Source: Cylindrospermopsis raciborskii Cr2010
Lineage (GTDB): Bacteria > Cyanobacteriota > Cyanobacteriia > Cyanobacteriales > Nostocaceae
Direction of reading: 5' to 3'
Length of the DNA stretch: 32,000 nucleotides
NCBI RefSeq assembly: GCF_003367075.2
Contig: NZ_CP065936.1
Coordinates: forward strand, 630,001-662,000
Below, one piece after another: positions 10,243-19,219 of the stretch. Within the stretch, counting starts at the first letter, position 1. Each line of letters opens with the position of its first letter. Below the pieces are notes generated by a model. It was not told the DNA's origin and searched no databases. It saw nothing but the letters and a program-made list of their open reading frames with translations. The position numbers and the translations under genes were made by a program.

Positions 10243-10479
10243 TCACATTGAAGCTATTAGTACTTGAGAATCAAAAAACATTTCAAAATAACCATCAGGC
10301 ACAAGTTGACGCAGATGCTGAATATAGCCATCCGCATCTGACTTACTGCGAAAGCGGGCAACAACAACACGCTGATCATCTTCTGCTACACGAGCTACAG
10401 TCCAACCATTGAGGCGATTTTTATAAGAAATCGCCTTTTTTTCTAGTTTTGTGTTTTTGTATCCGGTATCTTGTGGCAT
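10243..10479 (-). CDS. Small conserved-looking hypothetical protein (78 aa)
   Basis: Intact ORF, composition and AR(F)RSKSDADGYIQHLRQLVPDGYFEMFFD segment resemble a small folded domain. Confidence 0.6.
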   Translation of the reverse strand: MPQDTGYKNTKLEKKAISYKNRLNGWTVARVAEDDQRVVVARFRSKSDADGYIQHLRQLVPDGYFEMFFDSQVLIASM

Positions 10480-10506
10480 AATTATACTATCCCTATGAAT
10501 TTGATC

Positions 10507-10544
10507 GGCGTTAGTGTATCTCTTAGGGGGGAAACACTAGCGCC
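10507..10544. promoter_or_regulatory. Hairpin in the divergent intergenic region (5' side of the 78-aa ORF and of the ATP-grasp gene)
   Basis: GGCGTTAGTGT (10507-10517) with ACACTAGCGCC (10534-10544): 11 bp with one G-T wobble, 16-nt loop. Confidence 0.4.
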
Positions 10545-10663
10545 TTTAATTGATTGACGATGCCACTTTGTTATTATATAATTTTTTAATTGTCAACACT
10601 TAGTGCAACTGTATATTTATAATACAGCTAAACGGTAATATTAATAACCATATTAAAGAAACT

Positions 10664-11650
10664 ATGAGATTTACAGCATCGGTTTTGCAGAAGATAGCCA
10701 CAGAAATAGGTGCAAAGATTTTGATAGAACCGGAATATGAACTAATAGGCCACATAACCTTTCGCAATGGTAAGAGAACAGTCTTTCGTAATACAAGATT
10801 TAATATTAATGGATTTGGCTCAGCTAATTTAGCCCAAGATAAGGCCTTTTCTAATTACTTTTTGGGTACTCTTGGTTATAAAGTAACAGAAGGCAAGACA
10901 TTTTTCAGCGATAAAATGTGTCAAAAGGTAGCTAATCCCAGAAACATAGATGAAGGTTGGCAATACGCGGAGAAATTAGGTCTACCTGTTATTGTGAAAC
11001 CTTTGAATCTCAGTTCAGGAATTCTAGTCACTAAGGTATATAATAAAAACGAATATTATGAAGTGGCAAAAAAAATATTTAATGTACAATCAGTCCTAAT
11101 TGTGGAAAGATTTTATCTTGGTAATGATTTTAGAATTTTAGTCCTAGATAATGAAGTTATGGCTGCTTATCAGAGAATTCCCCTATCCATAATTGGGAAT
11201 GGCAAGTCCACCATTTTAGAACTACTCACAATAAAACAGGAAGAATTGGTCAAAAAAGTTGAAAAGATATCAATTGATCTAGCTGACTTCCGAATTTTTA
11301 AAAACCTCCAAAAACAAAATCTCACTTTTGAGAGTATAGTTCCCCAAGGGATGATAGTTTATCTGTTAGATAATGCCAATCTCTCCGCAGGTGGTCAAGC
11401 AGTAGATATGACTGACAACATCCATCCTGATTTTCAACAACTGGCGATTAATATTACTAAGGATATGGGTTTAAGATTAGCAGGTGTGGATATTCTCACT
11501 CAAAATATTACCCAACCACTAGTAGACTACACCCTCTTGGAGGTTAACAGCGCTCCTGGGTTGACTCATTATGCTTCCCTGGGGGAAAAGCAAAGACAGC
11601 AGGTGGAACATCTATATCGCAAAATTCTCCAAGAATTGGAAAAGGGATAA
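10664..11650 (+). CDS. ATP-grasp ligase, related to the ATP-grasp part of cyanophycin synthetase/glutathione synthetase-type enzymes
   Basis: GLPVIVKPLNLSSGILVTKV, VLIVERFYLGNDFRILVLDNEVMAAYQRIP, GVDIL...YTLLEVNSAPGLTHY. No Mur-ligase domain in this ORF. Confidence 0.75.
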   Translation: MRFTASVLQKIATEIGAKILIEPEYELIGHITFRNGKRTVFRNTRFNINGFGSANLAQDKAFSNYFLGTLGYKVTEGKTFFSDKMCQKVANPRNIDEGWQYAEKLGLPVIVKPLNLSSGILVTKVYNKNEYYEVAKKIFNVQSVLIVERFYLGNDFRILVLDNEVMAAYQRIPLSIIGNGKSTILELLTIKQEELVKKVEKISIDLADFRIFKNLQKQNLTFESIVPQGMIVYLLDNANLSAGGQAVDMTDNIHPDFQQLAINITKDMGLRLAGVDILTQNITQPLVDYTLLEVNSAPGLTHYASLGEKQRQQVEHLYRKILQELEKG

Positions 11651-11817
11651 TTTAAGATAGAAATTAGCACTCTCCACTTCTAATTGCTAAGTTTTTAAGA
11701 AATTTTAAAAATCATTTATTGAGGTAAAAACCGTCTATTTTTCCAGTTATAGTTAATTTATAGTTAAATGTGAAGTCTGTCAACTTAATAACTGAACAGC
11801 TAAATTGGAGGATGGGA

Positions 11818-12180
11818 ATGAGGTACACTTTTGATATTATAGGGGTGTCTCCAGTACTGTACTTTTTCAATCATCAACAGCAAAGTTTAGATAGAAACCT
11901 AACTAAACCACGAAACCAACGGGTTGAATATTTGGGAACTCAAATTTGTACCCTGGATGAATTTCTCCAATCCGCAGAATCCGTGGTCAACACCAAGAGT
12001 TGGAATTTGAATGAGGTGGTCAACACCGTCATTGAGTTTTGGTTGCATAATCCGGATACTATTCAATATTGGAAAACTAGATTGAAAGATGCGGGTAGGG
12101 ATAACTTGTTAGTAGCTAGACTAGCAGATATAAAAGCCTTGCAGGCAGAATTTGAATCTTTATTGGGTTATGGGTCTTGA
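11818..12180 (+). CDS. Uncharacterised small protein downstream of the ATP-grasp gene
   Basis: In-frame ATG at 11818 (MRYTFDIIGVSPVLYFFNHQQQ...) is preceded by TTGGAGG at 11805-11811. The track start at 11770 is a GTG with no obvious RBS. Confidence 0.65.
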   Translation: MRYTFDIIGVSPVLYFFNHQQQSLDRNLTKPRNQRVEYLGTQICTLDEFLQSAESVVNTKSWNLNEVVNTVIEFWLHNPDTIQYWKTRLKDAGRDNLLVARLADIKALQAEFESLLGYGS

Positions 12181-12191
12181 CAGACTTAGTA

Positions 12192-12213
12192 TCCCCCAGA
12201 GCTAAAGCTGGGG
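12192..12213. terminator. GC-rich hairpin in the convergent gap; bidirectional terminator or IS200/IS605-type end remnant
   Basis: CCCCCAG-AGCTAAAG-CTGGGGG, 7-bp stem. Reverse strand reads CCCCCAGCTTTAGCTCTGGGGG. Confidence 0.45.
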
Positions 12214-12243
12214 GAATGGTAATAAGTCTAAGCAATTCTAAAA

Positions 12244-13887
12244 TCAAGATCTCAAATTCAGTGCCATACGTGACTCAAAATATTGCTGTATTTGTTCAAC
12301 AATACCCTTTTTGTCTAACATATCCGCTGGTAGTTCTTGGAGAGAACCACTTAAATAAGTATGGTAATATTGGCTAACTTGTTCAGCGATGACACTAATA
12401 GCTATACCATCCCGGTCTAGGGCGCTCAAAAGTGCATTGGGAGTGATACCCAAAATTTGGCTTTCCTCTATGGTAGTGATTTTGATCTTGGGTAAAGGTT
12501 GTCCAAGGAAAAGACTCATCTCCCCAAAGAAATCTCCTGCTATCAATTCCTCCGTGGGAGCTAGTGGTTGGTGCAGGAGAAACTCTTCTCTTTGTTGTGG
12601 ATTGTGAATCTCAGTGGAGAGGGTTAAATAAAGATTATATAGAGAGGGAGCTGTTTTAGCTGCTTCTTTAGTTAGGGAAAAGGCCACTGGGCCTATGTAC
12701 TTAGCTAGTTGTACGGATACTTGCTCAATCACTGGTGGTTTGAGAGCAAGACTGGCGCGATAATCATTTTGTGGGTTTCGATTTAGGGGAATAGTAATAT
12801 TACCCTCTGAAGTATGAATTAATTCATTTTGTACCAAAATAGAGCCGCTTCCTACCAGAAACATGCCCCCGGAAAATAGTTGTTGATTATCCAATAACTC
12901 CTCTCTGTCAAACAACAAAGTTTTAGATTCCTCAATGATTAAGCTTTTAGCTTCCAGACTTAAATCTCTAAAAAACTCAACAGCATTAACCAGTTGCAAT
13001 AGATGTTGTTTTTCCGACTGCTGATATTCAGTAGTTAAACCAGCACGATTGAGAGCGTACCAAAGTCGACAACGAATTTCCGGATCTGTATGGGTTTCCG
13101 CCTCACTGTAGTTTTTCGGATAGTAGAAGAGTTTGTAGTTTATTTCCTCCAAACCATAGGACCACATTCTAGCAAATAAAGGCTTATCCAGATTAACATT
13201 TGCTGGAGGTTGATTAATTAAGGCTTTGCAGGCAATATCCATAACCTGGTTGGGGGGAATATTGGGAGGAACGGTGAAGTCCACCATACGATAGACGTTA
13301 CCCGCAGCTGCCATTTTTACTAGGTTTTTAGCTATTGACCCGTTAGGAATATAAGTAATTTCACCGGATTTTTGGCGAATATCTGTAGAATCCCAATCAA
13401 CTGATTCTACAACCCCTTCTACCATCATGCCATCTAGTGCTTGAAATTCAATCCAATCACCAATTTGAAAAGGTTGGTTTATTTGCAGAAAAACACCCGA
13501 GAGCAAATTACCTAAGGGTTCTTGCATGGCAAACCCAACCACTGCTGCGAATAAGGCAGATGTAGTAAAGAATTGAGTTGTGTCTTTTCCTAAAACTTGT
13601 AAAACTACAGCAGCAGCTATGCCATAAAGAACGACGGAAACTGTAAACTTCAATAACTTAGATGGCTGTTTTCCTTGCTTGTGGGTGAACCAAAAATCAA
13701 TGATTAAAAAAGAAAGTGTGTTAACAAACACCACAGTAATGCTAATTAAAACAACAATCTTGAGTATTTCGATGATTACTGGCAAAATCTGTTCGGGGTT
13801 ACTCAATACGAAAACATAAGAGAACAAAAGACATCCAGTCAATCCAGCTTGAAAAAGCAGAAGAAAATTTTTCATGTCCTCCACCAA
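12244..13887 (-). CDS. MscS-family mechanosensitive channel with C-terminal cyclic-nucleotide-binding-like domain
   Basis: GFAMQEPLGNLLSGVFLQINQPFQIGDWIEF and ITYIPNGSIAKN (MscS). GDFFGEMSLFLGQPLPKIKITTIEESQILGITPNALL (cNMP-binding fold). Confidence 0.88.
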   Translation of the reverse strand: MVEDMKNFLLLFQAGLTGCLLFSYVFVLSNPEQILPVIIEILKIVVLISITVVFVNTLSFLIIDFWFTHKQGKQPSKLLKFTVSVVLYGIAAAVVLQVLGKDTTQFFTTSALFAAVVGFAMQEPLGNLLSGVFLQINQPFQIGDWIEFQALDGMMVEGVVESVDWDSTDIRQKSGEITYIPNGSIAKNLVKMAAAGNVYRMVDFTVPPNIPPNQVMDIACKALINQPPANVNLDKPLFARMWSYGLEEINYKLFYYPKNYSEAETHTDPEIRCRLWYALNRAGLTTEYQQSEKQHLLQLVNAVEFFRDLSLEAKSLIIEESKTLLFDREELLDNQQLFSGGMFLVGSGSILVQNELIHTSEGNITIPLNRNPQNDYRASLALKPPVIEQVSVQLAKYIGPVAFSLTKEAAKTAPSLYNLYLTLSTEIHNPQQREEFLLHQPLAPTEELIAGDFFGEMSLFLGQPLPKIKITTIEESQILGITPNALLSALDRDGIAISVIAEQVSQYYHTYLSGSLQELPADMLDKKGIVEQIQQYFESRMALNLRS

Positions 13888-13913
13888 TTAGTAATTATTG
13901 AACAAAAACATTG

Positions 13914-14882
13914 TTACTGTTGTTGTGGTGATTTTAAAGCCTTATTAAGGCTGATCAAAAGACGATTAATGGATCGGTTTAGATGATTTAGGGGGTTAGA
14001 TTTATCCTCTGGTAATTGTGCCCCTTCCGCTTGATGTAGGCTAACTTCTTCTAAGAGGTGGGTGATAAAATCTAGTGGTTTGGTTACCCAACGATATATA
14101 ATTATGATTACTGCTGTGTATGCGACTAGAAATATACTGGCAATCGCCAACAAATAAGAGCCAATAGATGTGTGAGCTTCGTTGTACTGAACAATAGAGG
14201 GGACAGAGATTATTCTAGCTCCCACCACCTCATTTAACTTCCACCCAAAACCATTTTCACTACCATAGGCCTTGATTAGGGAAGCAGGTGCCCTTTCAGG
14301 TGTACTGTGACATACCAAACAGCTTTCTTTAGTGATTTGAATTGGCTTGGCAATATAATAGGTTTTTTGCTTAGTCAAAGTGTCAAACCTTTCGCCCATT
14401 TTTTGTGGTGCTTTGGGATTTTCAGCAAAGTAATTAATAATTTCCAGTTCCCAAGGTGCTGCTAAATCTTTGCGATTAGTTGGGTTTATGGCAGTCTCAC
14501 GATAGCTATATCCGTTCTTATTTTTCTCCAATTGGTTTAACACCTGCTGAGCAGCATAGGAAGGAACAGTAACTCTATTAAACCCAGCTACTTCCGTTTC
14601 TGTTTGTTGGTAGCCTTGGGCTTGATTATTACCGCCTTGGATAGCCTGATCAGCAGCAGGAGCTTTTAATGATGTTTCAATCAGGTCAAATTGGGGTTTA
14701 ACCTGATTAGACGTATAATCCCTAATTGCTGCTGCTGTATCTAAAAGGATTACCGCAGTGCGAAGGATATCTTTTTTGGCTTTATTAAATTCCAGGGACC
14801 ATGTTGATAGTCCACAGATCAACCATCCGGTGAAAAAAATACTAAATATGACAAATACTAGTCTTGTTTGTAGTTGCTTCAT
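13914..14882 (-). CDS. Membrane sensor protein with DUF3365 (Tll0287-like) c-heme domain and HAMP-like region; no output domain
   Basis: N-terminal TM, periplasmic domain with CLVCH heme motif and YYIAKPIQITKESCLVCHSTPERAP, second TM, HAMP-like RWVTKPLDFITHLLEEV, then ends. Confidence 0.8.
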   Translation of the reverse strand: MKQLQTRLVFVIFSIFFTGWLICGLSTWSLEFNKAKKDILRTAVILLDTAAAIRDYTSNQVKPQFDLIETSLKAPAADQAIQGGNNQAQGYQQTETEVAGFNRVTVPSYAAQQVLNQLEKNKNGYSYRETAINPTNRKDLAAPWELEIINYFAENPKAPQKMGERFDTLTKQKTYYIAKPIQITKESCLVCHSTPERAPASLIKAYGSENGFGWKLNEVVGARIISVPSIVQYNEAHTSIGSYLLAIASIFLVAYTAVIIIIYRWVTKPLDFITHLLEEVSLHQAEGAQLPEDKSNPLNHLNRSINRLLISLNKALKSPQQQ

Positions 14883-15095
14883 AAAATTTAAAACCTAGTT
14901 TCTCAATTTTATCTGGCGATCGCTAACGAAAGTGCAAGGTTGGGAGCACCTATTTAGATGTTTCAACGTTTGTTTCTCGCATTTCCTTTGAGCTTTTAGC
15001 CCCTAGTTACACTCTAAATGAATATATTGTTAGGCAAGTCCCAGAACACTATATCACAACATACAGATAATTCCAAGTTTATTTTGAGTGGTACA

Positions 15096-15611
15096 CTACC
15101 GACAAAGTAGAGTCTCTCTTGTATCTCTACCTGTAGTGGGGTTAATTCCCTTTGCTACTTCACATAGTTTATTTTGTTCATCACGACGTAACAACACATC
15201 AGTAAAGTCCGCACCTACAATAATTGCACCATCAAATTTAGCACTAGCTGCAAATGCACCTTCTAAAATAGCATTAGTCAAATTAGCTCTAATAAAACGT
15301 GCAGAATCTAAAGTGGCATTGGTTAAATCAGCACCAGTGAAATTTGCTGATTCCAGATTAGCAGCAAAGAAACTGACCCCGCTGAGATTAGAACCACTAA
15401 AATCACTTTGACGAAGATTGGCTTTGGTAAAACTAGAATCTCTTAAGTCCCTTTGGGAAAAATTTGCTCCGATCAAAATTTCTTTGTTGTATTCTAGTGC
15501 TAAAGCTGTTGATGTTATACCTACTAAACAAGTTAGGGGTATGATTACCAACAACGATAAACTGAGGATCACTAGAAAAATCTGATTTTTAAAAACTCGT
15601 TTAATATTCAT
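15096..15611 (-). CDS. Pentapeptide-repeat protein with N-terminal membrane/signal segment
   Basis: Repeating A(N/D)Lxx units: ANFSQRDLRDSSFTKANLRQSDFSGSNLSGVSFFAANLESANFTGADLTNATL...; hydrophobic N-terminus. Confidence 0.88.
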   Translation of the reverse strand: MNIKRVFKNQIFLVILSLSLLVIIPLTCLVGITSTALALEYNKEILIGANFSQRDLRDSSFTKANLRQSDFSGSNLSGVSFFAANLESANFTGADLTNATLDSARFIRANLTNAILEGAFAASAKFDGAIIVGADFTDVLLRRDEQNKLCEVAKGINPTTGRDTRETLLCR

Positions 15612-15645
15612 AAGAATGGATTAGTAATCACCTGAATTGTAATTG

Positions 15646-16149
15646 ATGTCTAAACTTCCTTCATCTAATTATGGCAAAATTGGTCTCACAGGAGAAGATC
15701 TAGTGACCAAATGGTTAAAATCCAAGGGTTGGCAAATTCTCCATAGTCGTTTTTCTTGTCGTTGGGGTGAGGTAGATATTATTGCCCAGTATGACAATAA
15801 AACTCTTGTACCAACAAGTGTTAATTGCAAAACACCCCTTCTCGCCTTTGTAGAAGTGAAAACCCGTAGCGCTGGTAATTGGGACGCGGGAGGGAAAGAC
15901 TCGGTTACCACGAACAAACAAAGGAAAATCCTGATCGCGGCCGAAATGTTTTTAGCCAAGCATCCAGACAAAGCAGACTACTCTTGTCGTTTTGACGTAG
16001 CTAGTGTTTTTTATAAAAAGTCTATCCCTAAAAAGCAGGTAATTCAACCAAAAGCATTGGCTAGCTTGTCTACTCAAGAATACGAGTTTATACTCTGGGA
16101 TTACATAGAATCCGCTTTTGATATATCAGCAAGATTAAGTAGTATTTAG
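15646..16149 (+). CDS. YraN-like / UPF0102 family predicted endonuclease
   Basis: GEDLVTKWLKSKGWQILHSRFSCRWGEVDIIAQ...LLAFVEVKTRS...TTNKQRKILIAAEMFLAKHP. Confidence 0.85.
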   Translation: MSKLPSSNYGKIGLTGEDLVTKWLKSKGWQILHSRFSCRWGEVDIIAQYDNKTLVPTSVNCKTPLLAFVEVKTRSAGNWDAGGKDSVTTNKQRKILIAAEMFLAKHPDKADYSCRFDVASVFYKKSIPKKQVIQPKALASLSTQEYEFILWDYIESAFDISARLSSI

Positions 16150-16227
16150 GGTAAAATGGAAGGTGTGGGGTTATCCCACGCCCTAATTAACTTACCCTAA
16201 TTAAGTTGTATCCAAATTAAAACTCTA

Positions 16228-17619
16228 TTAAAAGTCTGCACTCTGTGGTGTACGAGGAAAGGGAATGACATCTCTAATGTTTCCTATACCCGTCATAAAT
16301 TGCACTAACCTTTCAAATCCTAGACCAAACCCCGCATGGGGTACGGTTCCGTAACGACGTAGATCCAAGTACCACCATAAATCTTCTGGTTTCATCCCCT
16401 GGGCTAAAATTCTTCTCTCTAAAATATCCAGTCTTTCTTCCCTTTGGGAACCACCAATAATTTCGCCTATTTTAGGAGCTAAAATATCCATGGCACGTAC
16501 GGTTTTCCCATCATTATTTAATTTCATATAAAATGCCTTGATTTGTGCAGGATAATCCGTAACAATTACTGGCTTTTTAAAAAGCTGCTCTGCTAGGTAA
16601 CGCTCGTGTTCTGACTGCAAATCTAAGCCCCATTCTACCGGGTAATCAAATTTGACTTCTGCTTTCTCTAAAATTTGGATGGCATCTGTATAGCTCAATC
16701 TCTCAAACTGGTTGTTAACAATATTTTCCGCTGTCTCCAATACGGTGTTGTCAATTCTTTGATTGAAAAACTCCATATCTTGTTCACAGTTTTCCATCAC
16801 ATATCGGAAAATATGTTTAAGAAATTCTTCTGCTAAGTTCATATCACCTTCTAAGTCGCAAAAGGCCATTTCTGGCTCTACCATCCAAAACTCTGCCAAA
16901 TGTCTAGAAGTGTGAGAATTTTCTGCTCTAAATGTTGGTCCAAAGGTATAAACGTTGGTAAATGCCATGGCCATAATTTCTGCTTCTAATTGCCCACTCA
17001 CCGTTAAATAGGTGGGTTTGCCAAAAAAATCTTGACTGTAATCTACATCTTGGTTCTCTTTCCGGGGAATATCTTGCAAATTCAAACTGGTGACGCTAAA
17101 TAATTCTCCTGCTCCCTCACAATCACTAGCAGTTAAAATGGGGGTGTGGACCCACATAAAACCCCTCTGTTGGAAAAACTGATGTATGGCAGTCGCACAA
17201 GCATTTCTCACCCGAAATACCGCCCCAAAGGAGTTGGTTCTACTACGCAGGTGGGCAATGCTTCTCAAAAACTCAAAGGAATGACGTTTCTTTTGTAAAG
17301 GATAAGTCTCTGGATCCGCATCTCCGTAAACTTTTACAGCTTCCGCTTTTAGCTCTATTCTCTGTCCTTTCCCTTGGGATGCAACTAAGACTCCCCCGAC
17401 TTCCACTGAAGCACCCGTATTTATTTGTTTTATGATTGTCTGGTAGTGGGGTAAGTCCTGATTAATAACTATCTGTAAGTTGGCTAAACATGAACCATCA
17501 TTGATTTCTAAAAAGGTAAATCCCTTCAATTCTCGTTTAGTTCTTACCCAACCCTGTACTACTAGCGTTTCTTCAGGTTGACTACTTCTTAGTATTGTGG
17601 CAATTCGATGTTCAATCAT
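16228..17619 (-). CDS. asnS: Asparaginyl-tRNA synthetase
   Basis: OB-fold N-terminus, [25 protein letters not shown] and GGSQREERL...[36 protein letters not shown] class II motifs. Confidence 0.96.
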   Translation of the reverse strand: MIEHRIATILRSSQPEETLVVQGWVRTKRELKGFTFLEINDGSCLANLQIVINQDLPHYQTIIKQINTGASVEVGGVLVASQGKGQRIELKAEAVKVYGDADPETYPLQKKRHSFEFLRSIAHLRSRTNSFGAVFRVRNACATAIHQFFQQRGFMWVHTPILTASDCEGAGELFSVTSLNLQDIPRKENQDVDYSQDFFGKPTYLTVSGQLEAEIMAMAFTNVYTFGPTFRAENSHTSRHLAEFWMVEPEMAFCDLEGDMNLAEEFLKHIFRYVMENCEQDMEFFNQRIDNTVLETAENIVNNQFERLSYTDAIQILEKAEVKFDYPVEWGLDLQSEHERYLAEQLFKKPVIVTDYPAQIKAFYMKLNNDGKTVRAMDILAPKIGEIIGGSQREERLDILERRILAQGMKPEDLWWYLDLRRYGTVPHAGFGLGFERLVQFMTGIGNIRDVIPFPRTPQSADF

Positions 17620-17681
17620 TTTCTACAACTGGGTTCTTTTGTATAGCTTTGCTGTGCGCATTAGAGCTTGCTACCAATGGC

Positions 17682-17993
17682 TCACATCCATGATTTTAAC
17701 CACCAACCTATAAGAATGCCTAGACCACCAAATCGAATAACTTGCCAAAAGGGTTTGTTTAGACTTCTCCAAGAAATTAATTTACTTTCTAAGTTAATTT
17801 CTATTAGCTCTATCTCTTTTTCTATACGCTTCAACTCCAATCGCATCTCTTTGGCTTTTTGTTGCCATTCGGCTTTTTGTTGTTGATCCCTTTCTATTTG
17901 AGTATATCTTTGTTTTAACAGCATCAGTTCGCTTTCTAACTGCTCTAGTTGTTGCTCAATCTCTCGTTGATAGTTTTCCTTTAGGTTAGTCAT
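17682..17993 (-). CDS. Coiled-coil protein with C-terminal transmembrane segment, unknown function
   Basis: Glu/Gln/Lys-rich helix (REIEQQLEQLESELMLLKQRYTQIE...) followed by VIRFGGLGILIGWWLKSWM. Confidence 0.6.
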   Translation of the reverse strand: MTNLKENYQREIEQQLEQLESELMLLKQRYTQIERDQQQKAEWQQKAKEMRLELKRIEKEIELIEINLESKLISWRSLNKPFWQVIRFGGLGILIGWWLKSWM

Positions 17994-18077
17994 TGGTTAT
18001 GGACTGGTGTTGGATTATTCGCTATAATAGCCAAGTATCATAACTCTTGTACTTTTGTATATTAGGTTTTAAGTATT

Positions 18078-18335
18078 ATGTCTTTAAACAGTGAGTTAAA
18101 TAATTATAGCACCCTGGAATTAGCTCAAGCTTTGATGGCAAAACTAAGCATCTCCCCCGAGGATTGGCATCGTCTCAAATCACACCGCAATGCTCGGGCT
18201 AGCGAGCTTGTGGCTGCGGCAATGGTGTTTTTGGTCAAAAATGAACCTTTGGAAGCTCAGGCTAGGTTAAATCAGGCTTTGGGTTGGTTGGATAAGTCCG
18301 TATCTGCTCCCCCTTGTCCCAGTCATCACTTATAA
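18078..18335 (+). CDS. Small conserved-looking cyanobacterial hypothetical protein
   Basis: Intact 85-aa ORF: MSLNSELNNYSTLELAQALMAKLSISPEDWHRLKSHRNARASELVAAAMVFLVKNEPLEAQARLNQALGWLDKS. Confidence 0.65.
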   Translation: MSLNSELNNYSTLELAQALMAKLSISPEDWHRLKSHRNARASELVAAAMVFLVKNEPLEAQARLNQALGWLDKSVSAPPCPSHHL

Positions 18336-18790
18336 CCCAAAACCGGAACCAGGTTTGCATGCCAAAACCTCCTAATTTCTACCTGCTTGCACAGTTTTAG
18401 TTCTGTTCCTTTATGGTTCCACTCTACCTGATCAAATATTTGATGTAATAAGCTCATACCCCTCCCGCTCTCTGATTCCTCTGGTGGCAAATAATCGCCG
18501 GGATCGCCTAGTTTGCCACAACAGGGTGTAAATCCATTCCCCTGGTCTGATATGATCCACCAATATTGATTATCTGTGAAGGAAAAACGTACCACCACCA
18601 GTTTACCAGGATCCAGATTATTTCCATGCTTGGCTGCATTCACTAGGGCTTCTTGTAGTCCTAGCCTAATTTCTGGCTGTAGATTTTTGGGAATATCTGC
18701 TAATAGTAGATCTAGTATGGGACACAAATAAAGGGTTGAGGCAAAACTAATAGTACCCCACGAGCACGGTTTAAGAGAAATGGTAATCAC
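18326..18790 (-). CDS. RsbW-like anti-sigma regulatory factor / HATPase_c protein
   Basis: GLQEALVNAAKHGN (N box) and ISDQGNGF...DYLPPEESESGRGMSLLHQIFDQVEW (G box). Confidence 0.85.
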   Translation of the reverse strand: MITISLKPCSWGTISFASTLYLCPILDLLLADIPKNLQPEIRLGLQEALVNAAKHGNNLDPGKLVVVRFSFTDNQYWWIISDQGNGFTPCCGKLGDPGDYLPPEESESGRGMSLLHQIFDQVEWNHKGTELKLCKQVEIRRFWHANLVPVLGYK

Positions 18791-19102
18791 AAGAGAAACC
18801 CCGTAGCATCTGGTTAGCTAGACATTAATTCGCTGTTCCAATACGCGCTGGTGCGACGATTACCTTAACTACACTTTTAATTCTAATAAAAACATGAAAA
18901 TACTTTCCAATATGGACTGTGACCAGGCAAATCAAAACTGCACTCTCCAGCTGGCAAAAGAGTCTGGGAACACTTACTAGTGAATAGGGCGGGCCGACCC
19001 AAGGTAACCAGATGTATTCTTCTTACCTTAGTTTGATTTTAGCATTACTATTACTCAATAGGCTAGTGGTTTTTGAAAGTTTTTTTGTTGGTTCACAAGA
19101 AA

Positions 19103-19219
19103 GCGGTGATGCTAAGAATTAATTTTAGCAGAATCAGTAGAGGCTGTTTAAGCCAGCCTCAGAAAGTTCGTTTATGGACTCTTCAGAAATCTCCGTGTCT
19201 TTAGACCGGAGAAGCTTAA
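19103..19219 (+). repeat. 117-bp perfect direct repeat, copy A; overlaps the stop codon of the rlmD-like gene
   Basis: GCGGTGATGCTAAGAATTAATTTTAGCAG...CTCCGTGTCTTTAGACCGGAGAAGCTTAA, identical to 20819-20935. Confidence 0.95.

Noticed and set aside
12177-12607. Plus-strand ORFs of 66 and 72 aa
   Set aside because: Overlap the convergent-gap hairpin and lie antisense to the MscS-cNMP gene; no recognisable motif.
15088-15411. Plus-strand 107-aa Ala/Lys/Val-rich ORF
   Set aside because: Repetitive pattern is the antisense shadow of the pentapeptide-repeat coding sequence.
18894-18980. Possible 28-aa micro-ORF MKILSNMDCDQANQNCTLQLAKESGNTY
   Set aside because: No convincing RBS and no way to judge conservation from sequence alone.
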